Origin: Marsupella aquatica | Lineage: Eukaryota > Plantae > Marchantiophyta | Direction of reading: 5' to 3' | Length of the DNA: 64,000 nucleotides | Assembly: GCA_973895155.1 (NCBI GenBank) | Contig: OZ316897.1 | Span: forward strand, 2,049,312 to 2,113,311 | Shown: piece after piece, positions 14,229 through 28,396 of the stretch | How the letters are laid out: the number at the start of each line of letters is the position of its first letter | Position numbering within the stretch: the first letter of the stretch is position 1 | The notes under the pieces: generated by a model | Told to the model about the DNA's origin: nothing | Database searches by the model: none | What the model saw: the letters and a program-made list of their open reading frames with translations, nothing else | Position numbers and translations under genes: made by a program

Positions 14229-16745
14229 GGTAGTCAGCCACGAAGATTCTGACAATACACTTGCTGAAGACCTCAAAGCACAGACGGCTGGAGACTACCT
14301 TGGCATATGGAGGACCCTGATATTGAAACAAAATGGGGGGATCGGCAAGGCCTCTACATTAATTGATTGAGGGTATCCATTACGACCAAAGATTTGTTCT
14401 CTTAATCTAGGTCGTAGAACGAGAAGATTCTGGTAAACTGCCATTCCAGCTAGGGTTTGTTGCTTAAGAACCCGTTCAAACGAATGCTCAGTACGCAACA
14501 GTCTCAAGATGGGAAAGGGTTCGCATTCCCTAAGGGAATACAGTAGGTACGTCTGATCATAACTGTGGAGAACTTCAATCCTCAACGACGACTTTTTGAA
14601 CTCTACTGAGATCAATCCACATTTAGCCATCCTCTGTCCATGTACCAAAGTAGTAAATTGCTCGTCCGTGGTGAAACGTTTCGGTCCAAAGCATGTTCAA
14701 GACTGGAGACGTTTGGCCAGGAGTTCCGTGTTTGAGGTAGAGTTGGTTAACATCGGGTCTATAAAGTTTAAGGGCTGGATCTCGGTCTTGCTATGTTGTA
14801 CTTCACTCCTACCGCTGCTGATTTGGGATAAGGAACATACATTCACCAACCTGAGTAGCGTCAATCAGTTTTGTGGACTAATCGGAAATTAAATAGTGGA
14901 CTGAAAGGAACAGAACCGGTGCCCATAGTGGTGCCAGTTTTCCCACCTCACTGAGACTTGAGTATGAGCTACAGCTGGTTCAACGGTTCCCATTTGCACT
15001 TCCAGAAATGGACAGCATTTCATCTAGTCTTTCAAATATGAGAGTTGCCTGGAAGGAGTCTTGCCCGAGTGATTGCTTATTGTTTGCAGAGCAATGGGTT
15101 AGTCCACAAGGTTCTGCTCCTTGTGCGTCTTGTGTACGCAGGGTTCACCTTTTGAAACGGAGACAAAGTGGTAAAGCTTGATCAGTTCGCAAGTTTTGTT
15201 TTGGCTGCCTCCAATAAGTAGGGGCCATTTGTTGTTTCTTTAAGTGGGTTAGCTGCCCGGTATCTACGACAAGAGAGGGTGCTCGGCTCAGGATTGCTTA
15301 GCGCAAGCATGTACAGATTCCTAGCTGACAGGTTTGCTTAGTTCATGGATGGAAGTATTATTTGCTCCTCTCAAGTCTCCGAGGACACCTGAGGACAAGT
15401 TTGCTCTGCTAAGGATTGCTTAGCTCAAGCATGTGAAGATTCCTGGCTGAGAGGTTTATCTAGCTCATGGATGTAAACACTACCAGCGCCTTGTTAGTTG
15501 TTGGGTAACCTGTTGCAATTAATATTGAGAATAGGTTCTAAATTTTAATTGTACCGTTGTCACAAGAGGAGAACATGCTAATGTTGATGTTCTAATTTCT
15601 GTGAAGCTCTGACAGTGCTGCTTGCTCCCTGAGAGCAACTGAACGTGCCAAACATATACATCCCAGTTGTCGAGACTCATCGCCAAAATAATGAAATGAC
15701 AATACTAACATGGAACTCCAGATCACAAGATAGTGGTCTGCTTGGCATTACTTTAGATATGCAATCCTGGTTTTGATGGCAAATCTCATCCCACACTTCC
15801 CAGGGCCTGTATCATCACTACACTATTTCACTATTTCCTACAATGACCCGCAAAATACAACTTTTGACAGACTTTGTCGAACTAGGCAACAAAGAGTGAA
15901 GCACTAACGAAAGAACTTACACACACAACTGTTACACCTGGAGGAAAGAGTTACCGTTTAAGAACCTCATAAGAGACGTTCTCTAGTACTTCTTACAGAT
16001 CTCCTCATCATCGGTATTGTACTTGACAAGAGAACCTTGTTGCTGCCTGCACAACTTTCCTCCAGGCAGAAGTTTCTTACATGCTCACTGCAATTTGGAC
16101 TGTTTGCCAAAATACAAATTCAATTACATTTTGTCCCGCGCGACACCTTTTAAAATATTACTTACAAGCTGGTTTGATGAGCTTCCGTCCATTCTTTATA
16201 CCCAATTTTGGAGTATCCTCTCAATCTTGTTGTGATGTTTTGAATCGATTCTAGGTAGACACTATTTTTTAGAACGATTCTAGGTTGACACGATTTTTGG
16301 ACTAATAATCATGCTACACCGCATGTCACCAAATATATTTGTCTGTCTTACATGCGATGCTTTTGCACAACACCTTTAACGTTCGTTTAGTCGAAGAGTG
16401 ACCACCTTTTACGTTCGTCTGGTCGAAATAGTGGGAGTGCGTCTCAGCAAGCGCAAAACGAGCCGACGGCACTGCGTTTCCTGGGCTTTGATCTTCTAAT
16501 GTAACTTTGGTGGCTCGTATGAGTGGATTGCTCACAGCGTCCTTGTCTTGTAATCAGATGCACGATAAACTGTCAAAATTTGCTACACTGTCTTGCCGAC
16601 ATCTGCTTCATTTGAGTTCTTTTTGGCTCTGTCCGGATTCTACGAGCCTTGAGCTTTAGAAACGATGTGGTCGAGCTGAGAGTTAGGACTGTGCGCATGG
16701 TGAAGGCTTTGAAAAGCTCTTTTTCCTGCGGAAGAGGTTTCCGAG

Positions 16746-18846
16746 ATGGCGGGAGTCCTGGGCCGAAGCCGATTTCAGGCATTACTGTGCAGATGCAGTT
16801 GCAGCACCAGTAGCAGTAGCACTCGGCCGTGGGAGATCTTTGAGCGGCCCTTCACTCTTCGCAGTGCCAGCACTCGGAGGATGTCGTCTGGGATCGATAG
16901 CGAGGCTGGGAGAGCAGCGGCCGTTCGACAGCAGCTGGAAGCAGCAGCGCGAGAAGATCGTTTGGATCTCTTCACAGCTGCCAGGATACTGTTCTCCACC
17001 CCTGCGAAACCCAAAAAATTTGGGTGCGGCCCAAAACTCTCTCACTATCTCTCTCACTCGCTTTTTCAGTTCCGTCGTCAAGTTTGAGCAATCTTGGTGG
17101 GTTGATATCTGTGACCTCTTCCGAGTATTATGCTCTTCTTCGTCAAGGCAGCTTCGGAAACAATGGAGTTAATGATTCTCTCGATCCATTACTTCTTTTT
17201 AATTGCCTCATTTCTAGCCCTGCTTAGTTTTGTCCACCATCCACGTCTAAATTACGCTGTGTAGAACGGTGAGTCCATACAAGATAGTGAGTCCCTTGCT
17301 CCTATTGAGGTGGGCGTGCTCTAATATCAGGTTAGACAGACCGGCTGTCTACTCATGTCGTCGAAGAGTGCGATTTTTGAACGAGTCCTACCTGTTTTGT
17401 CGGCCTGCGCTTGACCCAACGATAAGGACGGTTGATTCTTGTGAAGACCTCCAGCGCTTATTTTTTTTAATCGTTTGTTTTAGGCAAAGTTTTGGAGGTC
17501 ATCGACTGTAGTAATCATATGCTGCTATTGACAAGCGCAATATGGTTGAAATTAACCGGAAGTAGGGAGCACGATGGCTATGTTATATACCTGTCTTGAG
17601 GAACTCTTGTGTTGCCTGGACTGTTCAATCTTCATTGTGGAATAAATAGGCGTTCCAGTAGTTCCGCGGTTCAATAATGAACTTTCGTTGTCTGCTTGAT
17701 TGAAGGTTTCTTGCTTGAACATTGGCCAGGCTGGACTTTCACCTATGGCAGTTCTTCGTCGCTTTGCTTCCTCCATTTGGTAATCTACTTTCTTTTTTTC
17801 TTGTCTGTGCTCAGCTTGAAACCTTTCAGTTCTGCTTCATTTGTCCCGGAGTTCCTTTTCTTGGTGTCAAGTAAATATCTGCTCGGACCTGATTAGCTGT
17901 CTGTATGTGTTAAGGCAATAGATCGAGATATCTTAACCCAGAATGCAAACTCGTGGAGGACAAGCCTCTCAGTACGGTAATGGGAGTTATTTCACCTCCT
18001 TGTTATGCTGACCGCTAATGACTCTACTTTGTTGCCTTCACAGCTGTGTACCTAACAGCCCAATATTCACGCCATGAAATGCGAAGAATGGAAAAGGTCT
18101 CCACTGATTCTACGTCCTAAATTTCTTGCTCCCAAAGTCTTTAAATCAATAATTATCCTGTGGAAGATTGACTTGAGTTTCTAAAGCGCAGACTTTTCCA
18201 ACGTCAGCTACTTTGGACAGATAAAGATCTAACTGTGTGGATGTTGAGACATGGCAGCAGATGAAATATTTTGCAACTTTCTAGCAATGAGTTTGCTAAC
18301 AGTCACTACTCCAACTCGCAGGAGAGGGAGCAAGCTGAGAAATTAAAGTTACGGACTGCTTTGGCAGAAGACTTAGGTGTACAATCGACGGATGAAGAAA
18401 GCAAGCAGCCAAGCACTTCGAAACCCCGAAGCGAATCTTCTACAAATCAACAGGAGCAAAAGGATGACTCCAAGGCCAAGAACAAAGATGAATCAGTTGT
18501 CATGCTACCCGAGAAGGACTTTCTTTCTATGAAAACTCGCCTTGATGCCATGGAAATCAAGGTGAAGTTGCTCGAGCGTGTCCGCCCAGGAACCACCTTC
18601 ATAATACCTCTTGAAGATGAAACCAATGTAGGTAGGGAACCAGCAAAGGAGAATATAGAAAAGCCTGCTCTACAAGCCGCGGATCAGGCTAAAGGAGGCA
18701 TGCAGCTTCAAAGAAACCTTGAGAAGCAAAGTAGTGAAATTCCAGCAGAAGTGCGGAACCAGAATGATCTAGAAGTTTCGCAAGGCTCTGGAAGATCTTG
18801 GTATGGGACCAGTCCAAAGCCAGAGGAAAAGGAACTCTGCAATTGA
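16746..18846 (+). CDS. Conserved plant single-TM protein, AT1G80700/AT1G80980-like (probably mitochondrial); exons 16746-17023, 17730-17779, 18044-18096, 18322-18846
   Basis: Spliced translation LDLFTAARILFSTPAKPKKFG|LDFHLWQFFVALLPPF|AVYLTAQYSRHEMRRMEK|EREQ matches the family motif LDF.TAA.ILF..P.K.KKFG.D.H..QF....P..AVYL.AQY.R; all junctions GT-AG and in frame. Confidence 0.82.
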
Positions 18847-20424
18847 GGATGAGTTGCCTTTCTTTCTGAATCATTAACTGGGCTATCGCTGCCTTGACCC
18901 CTATACAATATACTGTACTGGGTTTGTGTGATTGGGTCGAAGGTATGACTAGTTAGTTTCCGTCATGTAATGTAGTGCAATTGCGTTTGCCTGCACAGGT
19001 GGTTGAAGCTTCTTGCCTCATGCTGCGGTATATGGGTAAAAAGTGCAAATGGAGGAGGCCTGAGGACGATTATTTCATAGATGTGTCCTCCTCTCATTTT
19101 GTCAAAATAGTGTTGAGGACAATGCTGCTGGGAGATCTACCAGTAGATCAAAAGCCATCAGGAAGTTATGATTGATTAGCCTGTTTTGGGTCTTGGAAAG
19201 GAAGAATCTTACTGAACCAAATGGGAATCAAGAAGACATTCCTTACTTAGACTTCGAAAGACATTTGACACGCATAGATTTGTATGATCACTGAATTTGA
19301 TATGCAGACAGAGTGAGGGATTTCGTGCTTCTCTAGGTGAGACTCTTAGTAAATGAATATGATCGCATTTTCCCAACTTGGTGGTCAAATAGGATTACCT
19401 TGTCCATCACCATTGATATTCTGTTCAGCCTCACTTTGAATATTAATGAGCGAGCATTTGGTCGTTAATTTCACATCGTTTCATTTGGTTGGGTCTTGGG
19501 GATATCTCGCAGGTCTTTGTACTTCTCCACTGGACTGATTGTTGGGCACATTCATAGCTTCCGAAGTTGGATATGTCACGGGCATTGGCTGAACTTTACT
19601 TCAGTTTAATGATGGGGCCTCAAAACACGCCCCAACCATTACTGTCAAAATAATGGGGATGTTATTTTATACGGTCTAAACATATATATACCATTCAAAA
19701 CGAATTTGAAAGAAGTCCCCTCTCTGACTAGCTGGTTTTTCCTTCCCAAATCTGAGATTTCTTGACCCTAAAAGTTTTCCTTAAGATAGTTTATTACTTG
19801 CTCTAGGCACTGGTATAGTTTTAGCCCATTCTATCCTAAAAGGAGACCGCCATGATGACTCAGCAATGTCAGCCAAGTGCTCAGCAAGGTCAATTGTAAG
19901 CTCAGCGAGGTCAGGTGAGTGGAAAGTTTGCACCTGTCGGGGGTGTTCAGAGAAAAAAAACAGAACACAAAAATGATATTGAACGTTGGCAAGAGCCCTG
20001 AGCTCCACTGCTATCAATGACTGATGACTGATGCGGTTAACAACCTCAGTCTAGTGAAAGAGAGATCATTTTAACCTGAGGTTAGCAACAAAACAGTTAT
20101 TGAAGCAAGTGCTGGACTTTTAAATTTGGATAGAGGGGATGTACGCTAAAACAACCTAGACATGTGGTTTACTTGGGCATGCTTAACTCAATAGTGGAGC
20201 ATGTAGTTTTGTCACCCCTGCTGATGTTCTGCACAAAGTTGACCGCATGCTGTTGCCCAATGTTATTTCTAAGGATTGCTCCTCAGGTGTTACCTTAAGG
20301 GGATTCCATGCACCCCTGACCTCAATTCATGTGCGGCATTCGGCAGACTAACACTAAGTCCTTTTTGCAGCCTGGCTTCCGAGGAGAAAACTGCAGATGG
20401 GCTCCCCACCCATACCCTAGATCC

Positions 20425-22745
20425 ACGGGCTTGTGATCACTACCTGAGCTAAACCAAACCCCGGACCAGGGCTAGGTGAGGTCCTGGGTATGGTTCTGAC
20501 TGCCCCTTTCGAAACATTTGAGTGACAAAAGCAAGACAAGTTTCAAGATAAAAGCAACTAGCAGCCAGTCCTACACCCATTTCTAGCCTAACTTTAGTGA
20601 TTCTAAAATAGGAAGGGTCCATCTGCATTGGGGCAAGGTTCAACTCGGCTTCAATCTCGTTCCAAAGGTGGCCTAAAAACTTTCATGGCCTTGTAATGCC
20701 AATTGAGCCAAACTGGATACAGGACTGGGGTTAACTAAGAATTGGGTACTGGGGTTATGGCATGTGAGGAACCAGAACCTGGTGGGCAGTGGCAGTTTAA
20801 GTAGCCAGTCTGGCACCAATTTCCAGACCAACTTAGTGATGGTAAAATAGGAGGGGTTCATCTGCAAAGTTCACCTTGGATTCAGCTTCATTCCAATGGC
20901 GATCTACAAACTTTCACGGGCTTTGTAAACTCTACCTGAGCTAAACTGGATATGGGACCAGAATCTGGTGGACAGTGGCTGAATCTGGTGGACAATGGCT
21001 GTTCAAACAGCCAGCTGACCATCATTTTTAGCCTAGCTTAGTGCTTGTAAAATATGAGGGGTCCATTCAAAGTGGGTAGGGTTCACCTGGGCTTCAACTT
21101 CGTTCCAAACATGGTCTCAAATAACGTGGTCTCAAATCTTTCATGGGCTTGTAACCACTACCTAAGCTAAACTGGATACAGGACCAGGGTTATGGCACTG
21201 TAGGTGCAGGACCAGAAAGTGGTTAATAGTGGCAGTTTAGTCGGCCAGCCTGGCACCCACTTCTAGCTTAACTTTGTGATTGTAAAATATGAGGGGTCCA
21301 TCCAAAGCAAGCAAGGTTCATGTGGGCTTCAACCTCATTCCAAAGGCGGTGTCAATGCTTGGGTTGGTGTTAATGCTTGAGTGGTGTTAATGAAGGAGGA
21401 GTCCATCCGAATTGGATGGCAAGGTTAATCTCGGGCATTCCAAAGGTGGTCTAAAAACTTTCATGGGCTTTGTAAACTCCACCTGAGCTAAAACTGGATA
21501 CGGGACCAGAACTTGGTGGACAGTGGCAGTTTCACCAGCCAGTCTGGCCCCCATTTCTAGACTAACTTCATGATTGTAAGATAGGAGGGGTCAGTCCCAA
21601 TTGGGAAGGTCCTGGGCAAGGTTCATCTGAGCCATTCCAAAGGTGGCATAGAACCTTTCATGATGGGCTTTGTAAACTATATCTGAGCTAAACCAGGCTC
21701 GTGACCAGGGTTAGCTACAGAACTGTAGGTGCAGGACCAGGCCCCCATCTCTAGCCTAACTTCATGATTGTCAAATGGGAGGGGTAGATCCCAATTGGGA
21801 AGGTCCCGGGCAAGGTTCATCTGGGCCATTCCAAAGGTGGCATAGAACCAGTGTTTTTTTTTTGGCAAAAATTTGCCAAATTTCACCTCCCCAAAAATAT
21901 TTTGCTACTTTTGGCTAAAATTGGCTACTGTTTTGCTGCCTTCATTAGCCAGTGTTCCACCTAATCCCCAGGTCGCTATAGCCAGAATCTAGGGAGATCT
22001 GATGGTTAGGAAAATGAATAGTAGGGAATCATTTGAGCATCTTCTCCTTCACACACTCTACATTCAACACTCTTGGCCAAAAAGTAAAATCCTTTAAGAA
22101 TACGCTGCATAGAACCTTTCATGGGCTTTGTAAACTCTACCTGAGGTAAACCGGGCTCGGGATCGGGGTTAGCTACCGACGTGTAGGTGCAGGACCAGGC
22201 CCCCATTTCTAGCCTGGAGGGGTAATCCCAATTGGGAAGGTACTGGGCAAGGTTCATTTGGATCATTCCAAAGGTGGCATAGAACCTTTCATGGGCTTTG
22301 TAAACTCTACCTGAGTAAACCGGGCTCGGGACCAGGGTTCGCTACAGAACTGTAGGTGCAGGGCCAGCAGTAGTGAGCGACCATTTCTAGCCTAACTTCA
22401 TGATTGTAAAATAGGAGGGGTGCCATCCCAGTTGCGAATGTCCCGGGCAAGGTTCATCTGGGTCATTCCAAAGGTGGCATACAACCTTTCATGGGCTTTG
22501 TAAACTCTACCAGAGCTAAACTGGACTCGGGACCAGGGTTAGCTATGGAACTGTAGGTGCGTGACCAGACCCCCATTTCTAGACTAACTTCATGATTGTA
22601 AAATAGGAAGGGTGTACCCCGGGCAAGGTTCATTTGGATCATTCCAAAGGTGGCATAGAACCTTTCATGGGCTTTGTAAACTCTACCTGAGCTAAACCGG
22701 GCTCCGGACCGGGGTTAGCTGGAACTGTAGGTGCGGGGCCAGCAG
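20425..22745. repeat. Tandem array of ~170-260 bp units (about 10 copies) directly upstream of COPA
   Basis: Recurring unit ...CATTTCTAGCCTAACTTCATGATTGTAAAATAGGAGGGG...GGCAAGGTTCATCTGGGCCATTCCAAAGGTGGCATAGAACCTTTCATGGGCTTTGTAAACTCTACCTGAGCTAAACCGGG...; anchors near 20427, 20687, 20918, 21145, 21466, 21665, 22123, 22293, 22493, 22668. Confidence 0.93.
21849..22107. mobile_element. Non-autonomous hAT-type MITE (259 bp) inserted in the array
   Basis: 8-bp TSD CATAGAAC (21841-21848, 22108-22115); imperfect TIRs CAGTGTTTTTT / AAGAATACGCTG; removing it restores an intact array unit. Confidence 0.85.
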
Positions 22746-23271
22746 AGTAGTGAGCGACTGAGTGTCGGGCACTTCTCTGTGGGTCGCTCGAGTCAGAGGG
22801 TTTCCCTTCCCATTCTTTTCTTCGAGGAGAGAGAAAGAGAGAAGCTGCGCTTTGGCGAGCTGCAGGAGTAGATCAGCTCGAGCTCGGCACGGGAAATAAT
22901 AAAAACATGGCGGATCGGAAACAAGACGGTCGAGGTTGAGATCAGATCGGAGCGAGGCGCCCCACCGCCACCCAGCAAATAGTCCCCAGTCGAGTCTCGT
23001 GCCCAGAGGACGACGACAAAGGAGGAGTAGCGGAGGAGTGGAGGAGTTTCAGATCTGCTCTTCCTCTTTCGCTTCTGAAATTTTGATCGATTTCTCCGAC
23101 CGATTCGATTGCTCTATGATCTGCACCGCGGACGGGTGGATCTGGGAAGCTGGAGAGCGCGCGAAGAGTTCTGTGAGAGGAGAGGAGTGGAGAGAACGTG
23201 GAGCTGGACTGATCGGAGTGAGGAGTGTTTTGGAACAAACCCTATAGTGTCGGGTTGGACGGGGGGACACA

Positions 23272-26200
23272 ATGCTGACGAAGTTCGAGACGAAGAGTAA
23301 TCGGGTGAAGGGGCTGAGTTTCCACCCGCGCCGGCCATGGATTCTGGCCAGTCTGCACAGTGGAGTGATCCAATTATGGGATTACCGGATGGGAACGCTG
23401 ATCGACAGGTTCGATGAGCACGACGGGCCCGTCCGTGGAGTGCATTTTCACAAGTCGCAGCCCCTTTTCGTCTCCGGAGGTATGTTTGTCTGTCTAGTTC
23501 TCTATGTGTCGTTCACATTGTTGTTGGTTCGTTTAGGTTAAGTGTTTAGATCTGATTCGCAGAACAGCCGTGCGCATTTCTCTTGCTCTTGCTCTGTCCT
23601 TTGTTTCTTCTACCGTTCTTCCTCGCTTTGCTTCCTTTCTGCGTGTGCTTTCCTAGAAAGTAGTGGCGCATTGCTTCGTTTCTTCATTCGCATTGGATGT
23701 TCTTGATCGGCAGAATTCTGTCAGGTCCACCATTTGATGTTGTGTCTTCATTACCTGGAGCTGAGGTTGCATTACCTTATTTTTGTCTTCATTGCCTGGA
23801 GCTTAAGCTGCATTACCATACTTGTGCTTTGTTTGCCTGGAACTCAAGCTGCGTTCCCACACTAGTGTCGTGGTTGCGTGGAGCTAAAGTTGCATCACCA
23901 TACTTGTTTATGGTGGCGCGGAGCTTGTGCTGTATAATTATATTTTGTCTTTTGACTGCCTGGTACTTAAAGCTGTATTACGTTGCTTTTTGTTGCAACT
24001 GCTGTCGTGCGGGAGGCAATGCATTTGTGGGTCTTGTAGAGGTTTTTCTTCTCTTGTGGGCATCTGTTTGAGGAAATCTGATTGCTGTAAAAAACAATCA
24101 CGGGGTCCTTTGCACGGTAGAGTTGCTCTCATGTTCGAGAAGTACGGTGTGGAGAGATCCGTGAGTTTTGAACGTGTTACGGAAGCCTCCCTTCTTGTCA
24201 TCTAGATCGTGGTCCACTTGCCCTTCTGCTTGTGCCCCTCCTTCCGATCAGGAAGTTTGATCATCGTCCTAGTTAGTCTCCTATTTGGTGACCTTCTGGT
24301 CTGCAATTTCAATCATAGAATCTTGATAACCTGTGTACATTGTTCTTATCGTGGCCCTTTTTGAGTCCCGGTGGACAATGGAATTCATTGTGTTCATTCC
24401 TTGGATCTCATCGCAGGGGATGACTACAAAATCAAAGTGTGGAACTACAAGCTGCGCAGATGTCTCTTCACTCTGTTGGGGCATTTGGACTACATAAGAA
24501 CAGTGCAGTTTCACCAGGAGTATCCCTGGATCGTAAGTGCCAGCGATGATCAGACCATTCGGATCTGGAATTGGCAGTCTCGCACTTGCATATCAGTCCT
24601 CACTGGCCATAATCATTATGTGATGTGCGCTTCTTTCCATGTCAAGGAGGACTTGGTTGTTTCGGCTTCTTTGGATCAGACTGTGAGAATTTGGGACATT
24701 GGCGCGTTGAGGAAGAAGACCGTGGCTCCTGCAGAAGATATTTTGAGGCTCACGCAGATGAATACAGATCTTTTCGGTGGAGGAGATGCCGTCGTGAAGT
24801 ACGTTCTCGAAGGTCATGACAGGGGCGTGAATTGGGCCGCCTTCCACCCTACACTGCCCCTCATTGTCTCAGGTGCTGACGACCGCCAGGTTAAGCTGTG
24901 GCGAATGAATGGTAAGTGTGAAGCAAAAGTTGTGCTGTTCCTACTTTTTGGCTGAGCGTTTCCTTTGTGATCCCTTGGGGAGCTCAGTTGTAGATGCGGG
25001 AGCTCTTTGTCAGATGGATACCAGAAATTGCGACTCCCTGCTAGTTTGCAAGTGCAGGGAGGCCTGACGTTCATAAATTTAAGGAATGATCTCTCTGGTG
25101 AGCTGGTTTGAAGGTGCAGATAGGTCTTTTTTATAAATGGATTCGAGAAATAGTGATCACTCTGGGGAGGTGATTTGTATTGGAGGGAGCTTTATTATCA
25201 GCAATCAATGCATTACATAAAAAGCATGTTTGAGTATTGCTAGTGGATCTGATTGGCCGGCTTTTTTTTTAAAACCTTCCTAACCCGGGGGCTCGTTGAT
25301 ATCATAGGGACATCACTGCTCATCTGTGTGTCCTCGTGCTCCAATTCCAGCTCATTTCTACCCGTTGACTTGGATTAAATGGAGGAAAATTGCTAATGGT
25401 CTGAGTGGATGGTTGTCTTAACTTGCGTTGTTTCCTTAATTGATGTAGATACGAAAGCATGGGAGGTGGACACTCTCCGGGGTCATGTGAACAATGTCTC
25501 CTGTGTGATGTTCCATGCACGTCAGGATATTATTGTCTCAAACTCGGAAGACAAGAGCATTCGAGTGTGGGACATGTCTAAGCGCACCGGGGTTCAAACC
25601 TTCAGAAGAGAACACGACCGATTTTGGATACTTGCAGCGCACCCTGATATGAATCTTCTAGCAGCTGGGCATGACAGCGGGATGATAGTCTTCAAGTTGG
25701 AGCGGGAGAGACCCTCGTACGCTGTCCATGGAGGGACTCTTTACTTCGTGAAAGAGCGGTACCTTCGGACTTACGATTTTGCCACTGCCAGGGACAATCC
25801 TTTAATCTCTATTAGGAGAACGGGTTCCACAGGCATGAACCAGGGCCCCAGATCTATGTCTTACAATCCGGCGGAAAATGCTGTCCTTATCTGCTCGGAC
25901 GTCGATGGGGGTTCTTACGAGCTGTACACGATTCCCAAGGACACCACAGGACGGAGTGAGACCACACAAGAAGCAAAGCGTGGTTATGGAGCTTCTGCCG
26001 TTTTCGTTGCTCGTAATCGTTTTGCTGTCTTGGACAGAAATCACAACCAGGTGATCATCAAGAATCTCCGCAATGAGGTCACCAAGAAGGTGAATTTGCC
26101 CTTTGCCACCACTGATGCCGTGTTCTATGCCGGTCTTGGTAACCTACTCTGCAGGTCGGAGGACAAGGTCATCCTCTTCGACGTGCAACAGCGAAGTACG

Positions 26201-28396
26201 CTGGGCGAGCTCAATACTCCGTTCATCAAGTATGTAGTGTGGTCCAATGACATGGAGCTGGTTGCTTTGATAAGTAAGCACGCCATCATCATTGCCACAA
26301 AGAAACTCGTGCATAAATGCACTGTGCATGAGACTATCAGGGTAAAGAGCGGAGCGTGGGATGACTCTGGTGTTTTTGTCTTCACGACTCTGAATCACAT
26401 CAAGTACTGTCTGCCAAATGGAGACAGCGGCATCATCAGGACCCTTGAGGTGCCAGTTTATATTACTAAAGTCTCAGGATCCTCCGTGTACAGTCTAGAC
26501 AGGGATGGAAAGAACCGGGTCATCCAGATTGACACCACAGAGTACATGTTCAAGCTGGCTTTGATCCAGAAAAGATACGATCAAGTCCTCCAGATGATCC
26601 GTGGGTCACAGCTATGTGGGCAGTCCATAATAGCTTATCTTCAACAGAAAGGATTCCCAGAGGTGGCTTTGCACTTTGTCAAGGACGAGAGAACAAGATT
26701 CAACCTGGCTGTCGAGTGTGGAAATATTGAAGTAGCGGTAGCATCTGCTAAGGAGATTGACGAGAAGGATTATTGGTATAGACTGGGAGTGGAGGCTCTG
26801 CGCCAAGGTAACCATGAGATTGTGGAGTACTCCTATCAGAAGACCAAGAACTTTGAGAGGCTGTCCTTTTTGTATCTGATCACTGGAAACCTTGAGAAGC
26901 TTTCCAAGATGCTGAAGATTGCTGAAATGCGGAACGATGTGATGGGCCGTTTCCATAATGCTCTCTATCTTGGTGACGTCCAGGAGCGAGTGAAGATTCT
27001 GGAAGAGTCGGGGCACCTTCCTTTAGCATATGTGACTGCAGCTATTCATGGATTGACTGAAGTGTCCGAGAGACTTGCTGCAGAGCTAGGAGAGAATGTC
27101 CCACCTCTTCCGTCGGAGGAATCATCGGCATTGCTTTTGCCTCCCACACCGATCCTGAGGGATAACAACTGGCCATTGCTTTTGGTCAGTAAAGGCTTTT
27201 TCGAAGGTGCTTTTGCAGCTGATGCAGGAGCGGCCACTGAGGTAGAGGATGAGGGGGCCGAAGGTGCCTGGGGCGAGGAGTTGATTATTCCGGATGTAAC
27301 CGAAGGGGAAAATGGTGATGTGCACGTCGATGCAGAGGAGAATGGCGGAGGAGAAGACGATGAAGAAGGCGGATGGGATATGGAGGATTTGGAGCTTCCA
27401 CCAGATGTCACGCCGGATACCACTTCTACCGTGGACTCGACCTATTTTGTTGCTCCGAATCCTGGAATGCCTGTGAAGCAGATATGGGTTCAGAAATCCA
27501 ATCTCGCAGCAGAACACGCAGCTGCAGGGGCGTTTGACACGGCTATGAGACTCTTGAATCGGCAGCTAGGAATTTCAAATTTTGCACCCTTGAAGTCAGC
27601 CTTTTTGGATCTCAACCTTGCAAGCCATTCATCCCTACCCGCACTTGTGTCAGTACCTGCCTTGACATTTGCTTTGGAGAGAGGATGGACTGAGGCTGCA
27701 AGTGCAAATGTCCGTGGCCCACCAGCTTTGATATTCAAGTTGTCAGCTCTTGAAGATAAGTTGAAGGTGGCGTATAAAACCACTACTGAAGGCAAGTTCA
27801 TAGAGGCTTTGAGAGTGTTCCTCAGTATTTTGCAGACTATTCCCTTGGTAGTCGTCGAATCTCGGAAAGAGGTGGATGATGTGAAGGAGCTACTGGGGAT
27901 CGCCAAGGATTATGTTCTTGCACTCAAGATAGAGCTTAGAAGGAAAGAAGAGAGGGACAATCCAGTTCGGCAAGCAGAGCTTGCTGCGTACTTCACTCAT
28001 TGTACCCTTCAACCCACGCACTTGAAGCTCAGTCTGCAATCTGCTATGAGCATTTGTTTCAAAGCAAAGTGCTACAACACGGCAGCTTCCTTCTGTAGAC
28101 GGCTTTTGGAATTGAATCTCGCGCCAGCAGTTGCCTCGAAGGCCCGTCAAGTCTTACAAGCATGTGAGAGGACACCCCGCGATGAGTTGCAACTCAACTA
28201 CGATCCCCGTAACCCATTTGTAGTTTGCGGATCTACCTTTACCCCCATCTACCGAGGTAGTGAGGATATCTCATGCCCGTTCTGTGCAGCAAGGTTTGTG
28301 CCACAGGTCAGAGGGCAAGTTTGTCCTGTTTGCGATCTGGCTACAGTTGGAGCTGATGCTTCTGGTTTGACTTGCTCAGCTACTCAACACCGGTAG
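23272..28396 (+). CDS. COPA: Coatomer subunit alpha (alpha-COP), ~1216 aa; exons 23272-23479, 24417-24911, 25449-28396
   Basis: [40 protein letters not shown] start, WD40 repeats, C-terminal [10 protein letters not shown]...CPFC...CPVC; phase-1 GT-AG introns restore frame. Confidence 0.98.

Noticed and set aside
15287-15473. Diverged ~65-bp direct repeat downstream of the Tim21-like gene
   Set aside because: Only two copies with no structural or functional signal.
20425-22745. CRISPR-like array or coding repeats (MNLA..LPNWD ORFs)
   Set aside because: Units are contiguous homologous repeats with no unique spacers or cas genes; the ORFs are by-products of the repeat; context is eukaryotic.
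25802-28150. Antisense ORFs over COPA (similarly over exostosin, ADSL and the RT ORF)
   Set aside because: Shadow frames of real coding sequence; no motifs.
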